From the human T2T-CHM13v2.0 reference genome, Homo sapiens, in assembly GCF_009914755.1 (NCBI RefSeq), contig NC_060928.1: 64,000 nt of DNA. The stretch is one strand, 5' to 3'. Below are positions 41,995-56,430 of this stretch, one piece after another. Within the stretch, counting starts at the first letter, position 1, and each line of letters begins with the position of its first letter. The notes beneath the pieces are model-generated. The model was not told the origin of the DNA. It searched no databases and worked only from the letters and a program-made list of their open reading frames with translations. The translations under genes were made by a program, and so were the position numbers.

Positions 41995-44553
41995 TTGTAT
42001 TTTCAGAAAAGTTTCCATCTGTGCTTAGGAAGAGCAATGAAGAATTATGACCCATTTTTCAAGATGCCTCTGTATTATTAAAGATGTTCTGCTTATCCTG
42101 CAAACTCGATTTAACTGAGGCAGAAAGCAATTTTCTAAGATGTTTTAATTCTTTATTTACATTCACTTGGACCATTGGAATTGATTTGCACTGTTGTTGA
42201 AGTTCTAATCATATTCTATATTCATGTCTTCAGAATTTTAGAGGAATAAATATATTCACAGAAAACTTTATCCCATAATGTCTAATGTATTCTCTCCTTA
42301 GTAGGTTAATACAACCCAGTGTGGGTGTTAAAGAAACATTTCAAAGTTTATATTTCATTTTAAAAATAGAACCATTTTAAAGATTTGCACCATTCAAATG
42401 TTACTACGGTAAGGAAGTATTTGTGTGACAGCAGAAAGGGTGTCATGTTTACCATTAGAGGCAGGTTCAAAATCATTTTCAAGTTATTATGAGGGTTATT
42501 TCTGTCTTCAGCAATTTTGTAAGCATTAGGCATGTTTATTTGTTTTTGCTGTCACTATTCAGGGTCATTTTTATTATGAATTATGCAGTATCATTTCACA
42601 ATGAATTGTACTAACAGCCTTTGAGAAGCTGCAAACTGTTTCTCCAAAATTCTGTTATAACTTGCTATAACTCTGTTAGCTTCAGTTCCTTGTATTTACA
42701 ATGTGAGACAGTGTTAGTTGTGGCAAATCTACATTATGCAATCATTTTGGTTGGGGCTAGATTGTAAGCGGGTATCATCTTTATCAGGTTTCTCAAAAGA
42801 AAAAAGAAAAAGAACCCTGAGAATTAGCCTTGAAAATAGCCAAGGAAAATCTTCAATTGTCAATGTTCTTTAGAAGAAATGTGTTTTAAAATCTATTTTC
42901 ATGATTGTTTATTGCTTCTCAATAAAGAAGGAGTACAAAAGAATCACAAATAGACCTCACATAGTTAGCGTAGCTCCTTATATTCTCATACAGGGCACAG
43001 CTCTTGATGGTATTTAAATGCGTCATTTTCATCACTTACCTGTTTTGCCCTTTTGAATTATTTCACAGTATTCTCTGCTTTGAAAAAGCCCATTCCCTCA
43101 CGCATCAACCTCACCACCCCCTGCGTTACTGAAAATCTTACCTTAGGAAGCATGTTATCACACAGGTTATGCTGGTCTCAGATCAGTCTTTCTGAGTCCC
43201 CTCTGCAACTCCTGACCTGATGCAATCTCTTAGTTTTAAAAGAGTATTAATATAATTTTGAAAGGCTTACATTTCCAGGACTACTTTATTCATCTTGCAA
43301 GAAAACAGCTTTCAGCCATTTTCTTCAATCATCACATTACATAAGAAGTAGAAAGCAATTAGTATTGTTCTCATTTTATGATTGAAAAGGAAGGAATGTG
43401 TACGTGTGCATGTTGACATCAGTTTTACAAGTTCCAGTGACCAATCAATGATAGATTCCAGGGAAGAATTCACAGGTGTCTCTATGGCATTTCAAATGTG
43501 CCTCAAACTGTCCCTGCCTTTAATAAGCATCTTATTGGCATTCATTTGAATTCCAGGTGAGTTTGGACCTCACTTTCAATTCTATCTCATTATCTTTTTA
43601 GCCTGGCCTCACCCATAGCCAATAGCTGGCCTCTTACAAAACATAGCTATCTTCTGAGGGAAGCAAAGTGCCTCCACCAAATCCACAAACGTCTCTGTGT
43701 CTATTCTGTTCCCCTTACCCCAGGCGGTTCAGCCCCAAGGAAAGGAGTAGCACCATCTTTTGCTCTGAATCTCATTCCTTGTTGCCTTATCAGGAAGCTC
43801 AGTTCAGCTCCCAGCTCCTTCAACCTCGGTGTCTTCAATGCTTCTCTCTCATTCGTAACTCCCTCTCATCACCCTTTGAACATTCTGAAAACCAATTCTT
43901 AAATCTAGAGCAGTGCAGAAATATCTCACTTATATGTCACAGCAATACTAGGAATTAAGCAATGCAGGTTTTATGCATAAGGAACATAAAATTCACAGTA
44001 ATTCGCCAAAGACTGCACAATTCCTAAACAACAGATGAGAGTAGAATTTAGATCTTCCTACCCCTTCTGCAATGTTACTTACAAATCAGTTTCTAGATGT
44101 TGGACTATTGTTTGTCACATTCTATAATAAACTGTGTTTCATGTATGGTAAAGCAGAAATATAAAACTACTATACAGGGCAAATTCACCGTTGAGACCTG
44201 TTGTAAGTAATGTGTTCCATGTTGCCTGGCCTTTACCCTAACAAAACTGGGGAAGAAAAGGAATGTGTAAATTTGCATTTCATTTACATTAAAAATAATA
44301 ACTTTCTCAAGAACATTTTAGTAATGGAAATACTAATTTTTTTTTACCTCTTTATCTGCCTTTTTCTACTTGGTTTATTTCATTTTCAGGGCAAATCAAA
44401 ATGGAATGATCCTTCTGTTTTCCTTTCTCCTAGTGACTACATTGCATTTAGTTTTTACAACTGTGAGGCTTCTTACATATAATTGAAAAACATACTATTT
44501 GGAAATATAATTTTCATTATTGATTGCATTATTATTTACTAATCCTTCTTTAA

Positions 44554-45054
<501 letters not shown>

Positions 45055-47308
45055 TAAAAAAGTAGCACTAAAACTAATATATTATAAATGTAGTCTTTAC
45101 CTGTTCTCTGTATCCTCTGTTGTATTAATTCCCTTTTTAGCAGTATCTTTGTCCCTTAAGGCTCTCTTTCTTGTGAAAATGAATTAGGAAAATGGTGGAA
45201 AATTACAGAATAAAATGGTTAGAGATGTTCTGTACAAAATAGGATTACAGATTCATAAAACATTATATATGGGAGGGACATTTAAAACCATGTGGTCTAA
45301 ATTTCTCATGATTCGATGAGCCAAGATCCAGAGAGGCTAAATGATTCATCCAAGGTTACTGAGTGCCAGCTCTAAGTACCCAAATGGTGTAACTCCATGT
45401 TTAATACCATTTCCAGCACTCCAAGCATTCGAAGGGAATTTTTTATGAAAATAATAATTTATAAAATAGTGGCATTGATGCCAAGGAAAGCTTAGGGCTT
45501 ATAGCAGATAGTAAATATTACCTCCGCAAAAAAGCAAGGCATATGATTATTGAATTATGATCACACTCAACTTGAATTATGATCTTTACTCAATTCAAAG
45601 TAGTAGAATTTTATATCCGTGATTTTAAATGTTGGGATTCAAATGGCTTTAACAACTTCAGCCAGTTTACCCCATGAAGTGCCAGGTCAGGTCAGGACAG
45701 GAGGCGTGTTGCCTCACAGTGCTTTACTAGCCTTGCTTGCCACAGAGACCTGGTTTCAGCTGTTCTAAGCACGATTCTCCTTCGTGGCCACTGACATCCA
45801 CAGTGGCCTGGTTGCAACGCTAATGGCGGGTGGACACAGGGGATGTTTTCTGAAAGCTAAGGCGGATGTAACATTGGACTCAGCAAGGAAGTCGTTTCTG
45901 TTTTCATACCTGCTCTTGATCAACTCATCAAAACAGGGAAAAGTTGATGTAGAACACATTTCTGATCTTTGTGAAAACATAGGCATTTACCTCTGGCCAG
46001 TTGGGTTGAACTCTAACCTTAGAAACTACTGTATGAATGCAGTCAGGAAAAAAAAAAATCCAGAGACAACTCGTCTTTCTCAGTCATGGATAACAAAGGA
46101 TTCTGGGCAGTTTATTCAGTTCTGTCAAAACGATCACTGAACTTCTAGCTTGCTCAGGCCTTCCATGCAGTCCTGAGGCTTCGGTCATCCATTCATTCTC
46201 ACCCTCTCATCTATGCCTTTGGAAAGTGGAGCTCATCTGTTTGGGTTTTTCCTTTTTTTTTTTTTTTTCGCTCAACACTTCAAAAGTTTAACATGAATAA
46301 AGGAACAAGGAGTTGCCACTAATTATTTAGCTCAAATGAGGTGTCTAACCTAGTTGTTTTGCTGAATAATACTTAGACTTGATTGTAGTGACAAAATGTT
46401 TCTGGCAAGTAATTGCAATTTTAAAGATCATACATTTTAGCATTTATAATAATGGAGAAGAAATGCTGTTTTTTTTTTTTCCCCACACTTTGGGATCGTT
46501 CAAATGTGAACAGAATCGATTACATGCAAGATGTTCATAAAGTCCTCATACCACATAAAAAAACTTATTAGCTTTGAATGAAGGCCTAATAGAGGAAAAC
46601 TGAAAGCACAACACAGAGCCATGTTGTGTTGCATTTTAATACTGGCATTGATCATTGATATTCTAAAAATAATCTTGTTCATGGTATGTCGTTTCAGGCT
46701 GGTATCATTGCTGGTCCTGCTTTGGTAGAAGCTTATTGTTAAAATATGTGAAGATGCTTATTAGATTGCTAATTATATGAAATTGACATATATATGTAAC
46801 ATACATATATATGTAATGTCAATTTAAAAACTACGCAAGTACAAAATTCAATACTATTGATTGCAGTTACACAAAAACAGTATGTTTAGGAAAATAAGCT
46901 ATGACACTTAGTGCTTTGCAATAATTAATCCTAGCTTCAAATCAATCCACTTATAACTTACTTCCTCTTCCCCTTCAACCTCGTGGAGGGCAGAGAAACC
47001 CTCACAGAGTCTGTTTTCCATTTTCCAGTCCTCCGTTGCTTGTCTGCTTTCTTGGGTTACTAATCCTACATGCTTTTCCTCTCAATTTACATATTATATC
47101 CTCAATAATATAATCCCTTTGCTTCCCTTGTGTAGACTTCAAAATCCCTGGCACTAATTTGATAAAAAACTATCGATTTTCCCACTAATATTTGTCGAGT
47201 GCAGATTGCAGTGTATACATTAAGTCCATTATTAACTCATTTAATCCTCCCAACAACGATATGAAGTTGATGCCATGAGACTGACAGTATTCTAGTAGAT
47301 CACACCTA

Positions 47309-47841
47309 CGTAGGAGAGGCAAAACTTCACCTTTACCCTGAGAGTTTGTCAGCTGGGCCTGAGAATTAAATTGACATCAGACAGACAGGAGAGAAACATA
47401 CACGTTTATTTGATACAAGTTTTCCATGGCATATAAGCCTTCATAAGCCTTCATAATGAAGACCCAAAGATGCAGTTAGATTGAACACTTATATACTGAA
47501 CTGGACAAAGATGAGTAAATTATGAAAATATGAGAAGGCAAAGGGACTTGGGCCAGGGGAGTTCATTGGTGGAGAAATCGCCAGGAGGACGGGGGTTAGT
47601 GTCTCTCTAGTTTGTACAGACTTCTCTTGGCCTAAACCATTCATCCTTGATGATACAAATGATACTTTCCTTCTAGCGTAAGGACATGTTTCACATGACA
47701 ATTTCATTTTCTGTTTTTAAGAAACAGAAGGAGGGTCAGAGCGATCTTCTTGCACATGCTATTTTTTCAAGTGCCTTTAACTCAAAGTAATCATTATACC
47801 ACAATGACATATTTGGGTGTGGACTGTTCTGAACTTCTTCA
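47309..47841 (-). mobile_element. ERV1-class solo LTR, MER34-like
   Basis: Reverse complement starts tgaagaagttcagaacagtccacacccaaatatgtcattgtggtataatgattactttgagttaaaggca. Confidence 0.7.
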
Positions 47842-48644
47842 CTGGTCCTCTGAGACCACAGCAAATATTCTAACACCATCTTCTCACAATGCAGATTCAA
47901 GGAGCTCACCCTTCCACTCAACAACTTGGCCTGGTATTATAGGCAGCTCCCAGGTGATGAGTCGATTACCCTCTACTACAAACCTTGCCCATACAAGCTA
48001 CCTTGGCAGTTCCCTCCCCCCATGAAGTTGGAAACATAAGAGATTTAAGAGATTCCTAAATCCTTACTGGTGCTCACAACTGCACGAAGGCTGTAAGGTC
48101 CCCGCACCCCCCCACCCCCACCAGATATCAAAGATGTTTATTGGCTTATGACTAACTCACTGACTCTCAGGGCAGATGCAAGATGGAAAGCCAGCCCATA
48201 ACTACATTCCCAGGGCACTACATAACAGCAACACATTTGTTCATGGCACCATTTATTTGTTGTATCGAAGACACCTGCATGTTTTAATTCCTTTCCTAGG
48301 ATGTGGTATGGAATAAAAACCTGTTTGCACTAGTCTCAGGAGTCCAAATCATTTTCTTCTAATCTAGGATTTCGAGTGTCCTGCAGGTAGGTTTTTGAGA
48401 TAACAAAGATGACAGACAAATCCTTCATCTAAATTTCAGAGTATTTCGATCTCAGAAGGCAATTTAAAATGTGGATAAAGGGGTCTCTAAGCTAGAACAA
48501 GCAAGACAAAAAGGGAAGCATGAAGGCAGATGTGGACACTGAAACATAAAAGCCAGTGCTGAAGCAGCAGATTGGCGATATGTAGGAACCAGTTCTTGGC
48601 ATCTTATGTGACTAGTGTTTCTGTCTCTGGACAAATATCACATG

Positions 48645-50352
48645 CGGGCATACCTTGTGTTTTTGCATTTTGCTTTATTGTGACTCACAGATACTGTGGG
48701 TTTTTTTATTTTTTTATTTTATTTATTTATTTTACTTATTCATTTTTTTACAAATTGGAGGTTTGTGGGAAACCCGCATCGAACAAGTTCATTTTTCTAA
48801 CAGCATGTGTTTACGTTTTGTCTCTGTGTCATATTTTGGTCATTCTCACAATAGCACAATTTTTTCATATTCTTATTATCTGTAATGGTGATCTGTGATG
48901 AGGGATCTCCAATATCACTATTGTAATTATTTTGTGGCCACGTGGACTGCCCCCACATAAGATGGTGAACTTAATGGATAAATACTATATGGGTGTTCTC
49001 TCTGCTCCACTAGCCATTTCCCCATCTCTATATCTCTCCTTGGGCCTCCTTGATCACTGAGACCCAACAATATTGAAATTAGGCCAGTCAGTAACTCTAC
49101 AGTGGCCCCTAAGTGTTTAAATGAAGGAAAGAGTTACACGTCTCTCACTTTAAATCAAAAGCTAGAAATGATTAAGCTTGCTGAAGAAGGCATGTTGAAA
49201 GCTGGGACAGGTCAATACACAGGCCTCTTGTACCAAATAGTTTGCCAAGCTGTGAATGCAAAGGAAAAGTTCTCGAAAGAAACTAAAAGTGCTACTCAGT
49301 GAAAATACAAGTGATGAAAACAGCCTTATATGCTGATAAAGTTTGAGGGGTCTGGATAGAAGATCAAACCAGCCACAACATTTCCTTAAACGAAAGCCTA
49401 ACCCAGGGCAAGAATTAAAGAGAGAATTAACTCTCTTTAATTCTATGAAAGCTAAGATTGGTAAGGAAGCTGAAGAAGAAAACTTGGAGGCTAGCAATTT
49501 CATGTTTACTTCATGAGGTTTAAGGAAAAAAGTCATCTCCCTTCATAATATAAAAGTTCAAGGTGAAGTAGACAGTGATGATGAAGAAGCTACAAGAAGT
49601 TATCAGGAAGATCTAGCTAAGATCATTGATGAGGTTGGTTATACTAAACAACAGATTTTCAGTGTAGACAAAATAGCCCTGTATTAGAAGAAGAGGCCAT
49701 TTAGGTCTTTCATAGCTCCAGAAGAGACATCAATGCCTACCTTCAATGATATGAGCTTCAAAAGACAGGTTAACTATCTCATCAGGGGCTACTGCAGCTG
49801 GTGACTTTAAGTTAAAACCAGTACTCTGTTATCATTTCAAAAATCCTAGGGCCCTTAAGAATTATGCAAAATCTACCCTGCTCGTGCTCTAGAAATGGAA
49901 CAATAAAGCAGTATGACAGTACACCAGTTTATACCAGGTTTACTGAATATTTTAAGCCCAGAGTTGAGACCCACTACCTAGGCAAAAAGATTCCTTTCAC
50001 ACTATTACTGCTCATTGACAATGCACTTTGTAACCCAAGAGCTCTGATGGAGATGTACAAGGAGATTAATGTTGTTTTCATGCCTGCAAACAACATCCAT
50101 TCTGCAATCCATGAAACTTGACTTTCAAGTCTTATTATTTAAGAAATACATTTAATAAGGCTATGCCTGTCAGAGGGAGCTATTTCTCTGATGGATCTGA
50201 GTAATGTAAATTGAAAACCTTCTGCAAAGGATTCACCATTCTAGAGTCAGTTAAGACATTCGTGATTCATAGAAGGAGATCAAAATATCAACATTAACAG
50301 GGGTTTGGAAGAGATTGATTTTGACCCTCATGGATGACTTTGAGGGTTCAAA
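48645..50352 (+). mobile_element. Tigger1 DNA transposon, 3'-truncated, with decayed transposase
   Basis: 5' TIR cgggcatacct. ORF 49102 ([23 protein letters not shown]-type HTH) and ORF 49864 (FTEYFKP...[13 protein letters not shown]...[13 protein letters not shown] domain) are broken by stops and frameshifts. No 3' TIR. Confidence 0.95.
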
Positions 50353-51175
50353 AGGGCTCCCCTGCTCTCTTCTCTAACCCACGGGGTCACTTTGAAGGCT
50401 AACTGATATTTATGTATTCTACACCAATTCCAAGATGTCCACATATGCACGAATAGATAGACAATGGACAACTATGCTAAGAACTGGCTATGGAAGTGTG
50501 TATACATTAATGCTTTTTAATCTTTCCAAAACCTAGTTTAGAACTCCGAGGCTAAAAGAACAGTGTTGATCTAATGAACTAATGGATTATTGTGGTCACA
50601 AAATTTCTAAATGTATTATGATTTTGTCCCACGACCCCATCCAGAAACAAAGATCAATACTTGAACTACCTGTGTAAATGCCAATATGTAGTTTAAATTG
50701 AGAAATAAAAGGGTCTTATAATGTGCTTGTTTTGACCTTCTCCTCTCAGGGAATCCAGTAGATTCTGAACAATCAGTAGCATGATATATTGGTTCAACTA
50801 CATGTAACATGAAGGACTAACTGAAGCTCCATGAGCTGCAATTTGTTATTCTCTGATTTACAGCACCGGCATTTTTATACTTCTATTCATTGAATTTTTG
50901 AAGAAAGACTGGCTATTTCAGTCAAGGAAACTTTCCAGAGCCTGCAATGGCATTTAATCTTGGCTCTGCATATTTTGCCTGGACTCTAACCAAATATATG
51001 CATTTGAAACAGATTTATTGATTTGGCTCTTCATAATATCTTGTCATGGGAAGAGTGTGAAGCTGGATCCCACTTCTGTTTGTGTACATCTTAAGAAAGT
51101 CCTCCCCAATGAAATGCATTGACCCTCTGTGGGAAAAAATTCCTATATATCAAGCACAAATTTGAAGACTGGCAT

Positions 51176-51690
51176 TGTACCAGTTTGGGTCTTCCAGGAA
51201 ACAGATGACAAAATGGAATGCTATGTGCATAAGATTTATTGAGAACACATCTGTGAATGATAAGTAAGGGAGAAAGCAGGAGTGAGCAAAAAGAGCATTC
51301 AGCCCCCAGTGTGAAACTGACACCTTTGAAAGAAAGAAAAGTGTGGAGAACGGAGGATTGGGGAGGTGGGGGCTCAGCGGCAGTGTAGCTCTGAGACAGT
51401 CTCAGCCAACCTAACAGAGAGCCCTAAGGCAAAGGGTGCCCCTTGGAAGCAGCCACCACGGGGCAGAAAGGGGCAGGTTCTTGTACCTGCTATGTTCAGA
51501 CACTGGCTAGCAGTCGTTCAGGGAAAACCTGGGATGAGTGTGAACGTTCTAGTGAATCCCAGGGTTTCAGCAACTGGAGGTTTATTGGCTACACAATTTT
51601 CTTTGCAGCAGGATCTCTCTTGAATATTCGGAAATCTGAGCAGTGCACCTCTCCGGCTGACATGAGCCTATGATGTTTTTAGCTCTTACA
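51176..51690 (-). mobile_element. Old ERVL-class LTR (LTR33/LTR16-like)
   Basis: tgtaccagtttgggtcttccaggaaacaga...aagatttattgaga...cacatctgtgaa resembles the antisense 3' end of these LTRs, including the reversed aataaa. Confidence 0.55.
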
Positions 51691-52026
51691 GAGAGTGTCT
51701 TCCACAAAACTTTTAAAATAGACACTTTGTCCAGCATGAAATATGGTTAAAAGCCTAGCTACCCCAAATTAATGATGAGTGTCTGCCACGCAACTCCAGA
51801 CGTAAAACCGAGAAATACAGTCAGCCCAAAGCTAAATGGTAAGTTATTTTAGAAGAGAAACCATCTTTGCTTCTCCCAATGCTTAGCAAAGCCCTTAGTA
51901 TATATTACAGTTGCTCCATATATTTTTGTTAAAATGAAAAACAGATAATAGTCATTCTTACTTCATTTTTGGAAGGGTTCACACTATCTAAAACAAAAAA
52001 AAAAAAAAACAAAAAAAAAAACTAAG

Positions 52027-52350
52027 GGCCGGGCACTGTGGCTCATGCCTGTAATCCCAGCATTTTGAGAGGCCGAGGCGGGCGGATCACGAGGTCAGGA
52101 GATCGAGACCATCCTGGCTAACACAGTGAAACCCCGTCTCTACTAAAAATACAAAAAATTAGCCGGGTGTGGTGGCGGGAGCCTGTAGTCCCAGCTACTC
52201 AGGTGGGTGAGGCAGGAGAATGGTGTGAACCCGGGCAGCGGAGCTTGCAGTGAGTGAGATCATGCCACTGCACCCCAGCCTGGGTGACAGAGCGAGACTC
52301 CATCTCAAAAAAAAAAAAAAAAAAAGAAAAAGAAAAAAAGAAAAAACAAA
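52027..52350 (+). mobile_element. AluY
   Basis: ggatcacgaggtcaggagatcgagaccatcctggctaacac, ggagaatggtgtgaaccc and cggagcttgcagtgag are AluY diagnostics. Flanked by aactaa. Confidence 0.95.
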
Positions 52351-52964
52351 TACAACTAAATCCTTATAGCTATGGTAAGGGGAAAAGATTCTATCCTTAT
52401 TAAAGCAATTACCCATGCAGCCCTCAAAATGCATATATACCTTGACAAATATAAGTTTATCTGAAGTAGTTCCAAGTGTCGCCAATATGCCTAATGCACA
52501 TAATTTGAGAACTTTAATACAAAATAGGCTATAAATTATATTTAATTATCTTTATTATTGCTAATTCCTCATCCTTGATTCATGGCAAAGACAATTGTGA
52601 TGAATATCTGTTCTCATCAAACTTGTTCTAGAAACAGACATTAAAAGCAAAGTAGGGCCTAGAGGAGGGGTAAATAAAATCAGGTGAGATAATTCACTTA
52701 TGATCCACTGGGTACCATAGCTATAGCTCAGATATATAAGTCAATTTCAGTTCGACTTGCTTCTTCCTGAATCCTTTCTCAAAGAAAGGATTTTCACATA
52801 ATTTCACCTAGAGGGCTGCACTTGCATTTACTGTGATATCAGAAAGTGAGATCCTTCTTTGTTCTGATTGAAGAACACATGTACCTAGAGAAGAGATTCT
52901 GGGGAAGTCTTCTGAAACGGGTTACAATGTCTGAGGTATAATCAAGAACTTCAGATTCGATTAG

Positions 52965-53319
<355 letters not shown>

Positions 53320-53599
53320 ATATAGTTCTTGTTTGATTTTTTTTCAGGCAGCAAATGTTTGTTGTGGTTAACATGTTTGGATTCTTTTTAAATGAAAGGA
53401 AAACAAAACACTATAAATGTCATAGAAACAAAGTTTAAATAAAAGAAAGACAGGAAGAAACTGAAGGCTACGTAAATAAATTTTTTAATTTATTTATGTT
53501 CTATTCATGAAATATTCCAGTCGTTTCTGATAATTGACCTTGAATGCTGTGAAAATATTTATATTTCTTAACATTAAGAAACCTCCTTACCTATCTTTA

Positions 53600-53928
53600 T
53601 TTTTTTGTTGTGTTGTTTTGTTTTGTTTTGTTTTGTTTTGTTTTGTTGAGACAGAGTTTCTCTCTGTCGCCCAGGCTGGAGTGCAGTGGCAGGATCTTGG
53701 CTCACTGCAACCTCCACCTCCTGGGTTCAAGCAATTCTCATAACACAGGCTCGTGAGTAGCTGGGACTACCGGTGTGTGCCACCGTGCCTGGCTAATTTT
53801 TGTATTTTTAGTAGAGATGGGTTTCGCCATGTTGGCCTTGCTGGTCTCAGACTCCTGGCCTCAGGTGATCCACCTGCCTCAGCCTCCTAAAGTGCTGGGA
53901 TTACAGGCGTGAGCCACCGCACCCAGCT
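53600..53928 (-). mobile_element. AluS with (CAAAA)n tail
   Basis: Antisense dimer. TSD tatcttta (53592-99, 53929-36). Confidence 0.95.
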
Positions 53929-54094
53929 TATCTTTAATGTTTACTGTTGTCCAGTTCACCAGTTGAATGTATAGAAAACTCAATCAAAATAACGAATAAT
54001 TTCTCTTTGGAGAAAATTGATTTAATTTTTTACATACATTGGTGGAACAATTGAAATACTACTCAGGGCGCTTAAGTCAACAATTTCTCTTTGA

Positions 54095-54450
<356 letters not shown>

Positions 54451-54559
54451 TAAGATGACAACTAAAAAATGCTGTTCCCTTTTTACAGACCCATCTTTAG
54501 GTCCCTGAATCTATGCCCCTGAGTGCTTGAATCTACCTCCTTCCCTTTTTAAATAAGTT

Positions 54560-55010
54560 TCTTTTAAAACAAATATTAAAACCTTCCCATTTAATCCCAT
54601 TGTCCTCTGTCATTTTTCCCCTTTACTAAACACTATCCCAAATAAATGTAATTTCCTCATTGTCTATATTTTTAAGGAGTTTTTCCTTAACCCCCTGCAA
54701 TCACATGTTTTCTTCTTTATGTATTAGCTGCTAATCAACAAATTCCACCTCATTTTTCTCAGTCTCATTCTTATAAGCTTTCTTCAGTATCTAATGCCAT
54801 TCATGCCATTCATGCCCCTTCTTTCTTCAAAAACTTCCTGTGGTTTCAGGGACCCTGTAACAATTATATGACACTTGCTTTTATAACATCGTCCTGTTGG
54901 CTTCCTTTTATAACATGTCTCACTGGTCCCAATTCTCTGTAATTGAACATTTTCTACTCTAAACATCATTTGGCATTCAAAGTCATTAAAACGATATTGT
55001 GCCACAAAAA
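54560..55010 (+). mobile_element. Degenerate L2 fragment
   Basis: catttttctcagtctcattctt...ccccttctttcttcaaaaacttcctgtggtttcagggaccc resembles L2 ORF2. Confidence 0.45.
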
Positions 55011-55479
55011 TGTCCTCATTCACCTGAATGTGCTATTTTTTGTTCTAGGCACCAATATACTGCAAAATTTACACACTTAAAACAGACTGATGCCTTATCT
55101 TGATCAACATTCTCCATTTGGAAAGCAGGATCAGTCCTATAAGCAAAGCATGCTTTAGTAAGAATTATACACACACACACATACACACACAGATATCCAA
55201 CCTCTTCCTCAGTGGGTAATGACAACATATTCAACATTTACTCCCCTTTTCATACCTACCATCAGAGATATTTCAGACACTAGGGAGCAATTAATAACAC
55301 TAATATAAGTAATCGCTTATAAAGATATAGACCAAAGAATGAATGATCTTTAGAAACTCTTCCCCAAAGACTCAGTGTAACACTATCAGCCTTTTTTGAA
55401 AATGGTTCATTTTCATCTTGGGCACTTGAAATTGGTAATTCATCCCTATTCTGTTTATCTAAACACATTTAAAATGCTT

Positions 55480-56430
55480 CTCTAATTTTTGCTAATTAAC
55501 AAAGGACTTTGAAACTCTTTGTTACAGTATCTGTTTGTAGCCCCATCAATTTAATGCTGCGGGGATTATCACATTGTTACAATGGGGTTGGTGTTGTGAA
55601 CACACAAGGATAAGGGGGGAAAAGGAAAAGTACAGTGTGGCGCCTAAAAAATGCAAACACAATTTAAACTTCTTTAATTTGTGTGGGGGGGATAGATAAA
55701 TAATGATTTGCAGCGACCAGGGATCTCAGATGGCTTTGTTCATATTTTACTAGTATACTCCTCTTTGCAGCCTGAGTAATTAAGTCTTATGACATTCCAG
55801 AAACCATAAATCCTGCTGAGATGTTTAAGTCTGGAACAACCTCTTGATGTACAATCAAAATAATAAAAATAAAAAAGGACACTTCTCTGGTTCTTAACAA
55901 GCTGTTTTGCTGTTACTTCTGAAACACAATTGCATGTGGCCCACTCAAACTGTTTCGTCTCATTGTTAACTAGAAATTCCTTTTGAAATTCATTGCCTTC
56001 AATTACATTTTCTAAAAGAATTTTAATTGCATGGCTCTAAAGAATAAAGATGCTCTAGGCTCCATTTGTTTATCATGGAGGGGCCTAAAAAATGAGGACA
56101 GAGCTTCCCAGCTCATGCAGGGGTTGCAGAGAGAGGGAGATGACTTTTAATTCGACAAGTTCAGAGAGATTTCTTAGTTTGACGCGCTCAGCAGGGGGTC
56201 TTTGAGCGCCTGGCAATGCTTCAGCATTCTGAGCTTTGAAAGTCTTTCCCTGCAGCAGAAATTGTATCAAAAGCCAATGATAATATTCCCTGCAAGGTAA
56301 AGCACCCTATTGAAGATTTCGAGAGCTGTTTATTTATTCATCACAGTTTTCCTTTTAGGACGTATCAGGCATCTAGGTAATAATTCACATAGATGATAGA
56401 AAATGCAATAAATCCTCCTCATTAATCTTT
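55480..56430. promoter_or_regulatory. Putative conserved non-coding enhancer block
   Basis: No recognisable repeat. Dense SOX/TCF (aacaaag, ctttgtt, cattgttacaatg, ctttgaa), homeodomain (taatta, ggatta), octamer-like and CTCF-like motifs. Conservation is inferred, not measured. Confidence 0.4.

Noticed and set aside
43030-43150. Two strong minus-strand splice donors about 100 bp apart
   Set aside because: No convincing matching acceptor nearby, so no exon was called.
49102-50352. Transposase similar to TIGD1/CENP-B family proteins
   Set aside because: Multiple stops and frameshifts plus 3' truncation show a decayed Tigger1 copy, not a domesticated gene.
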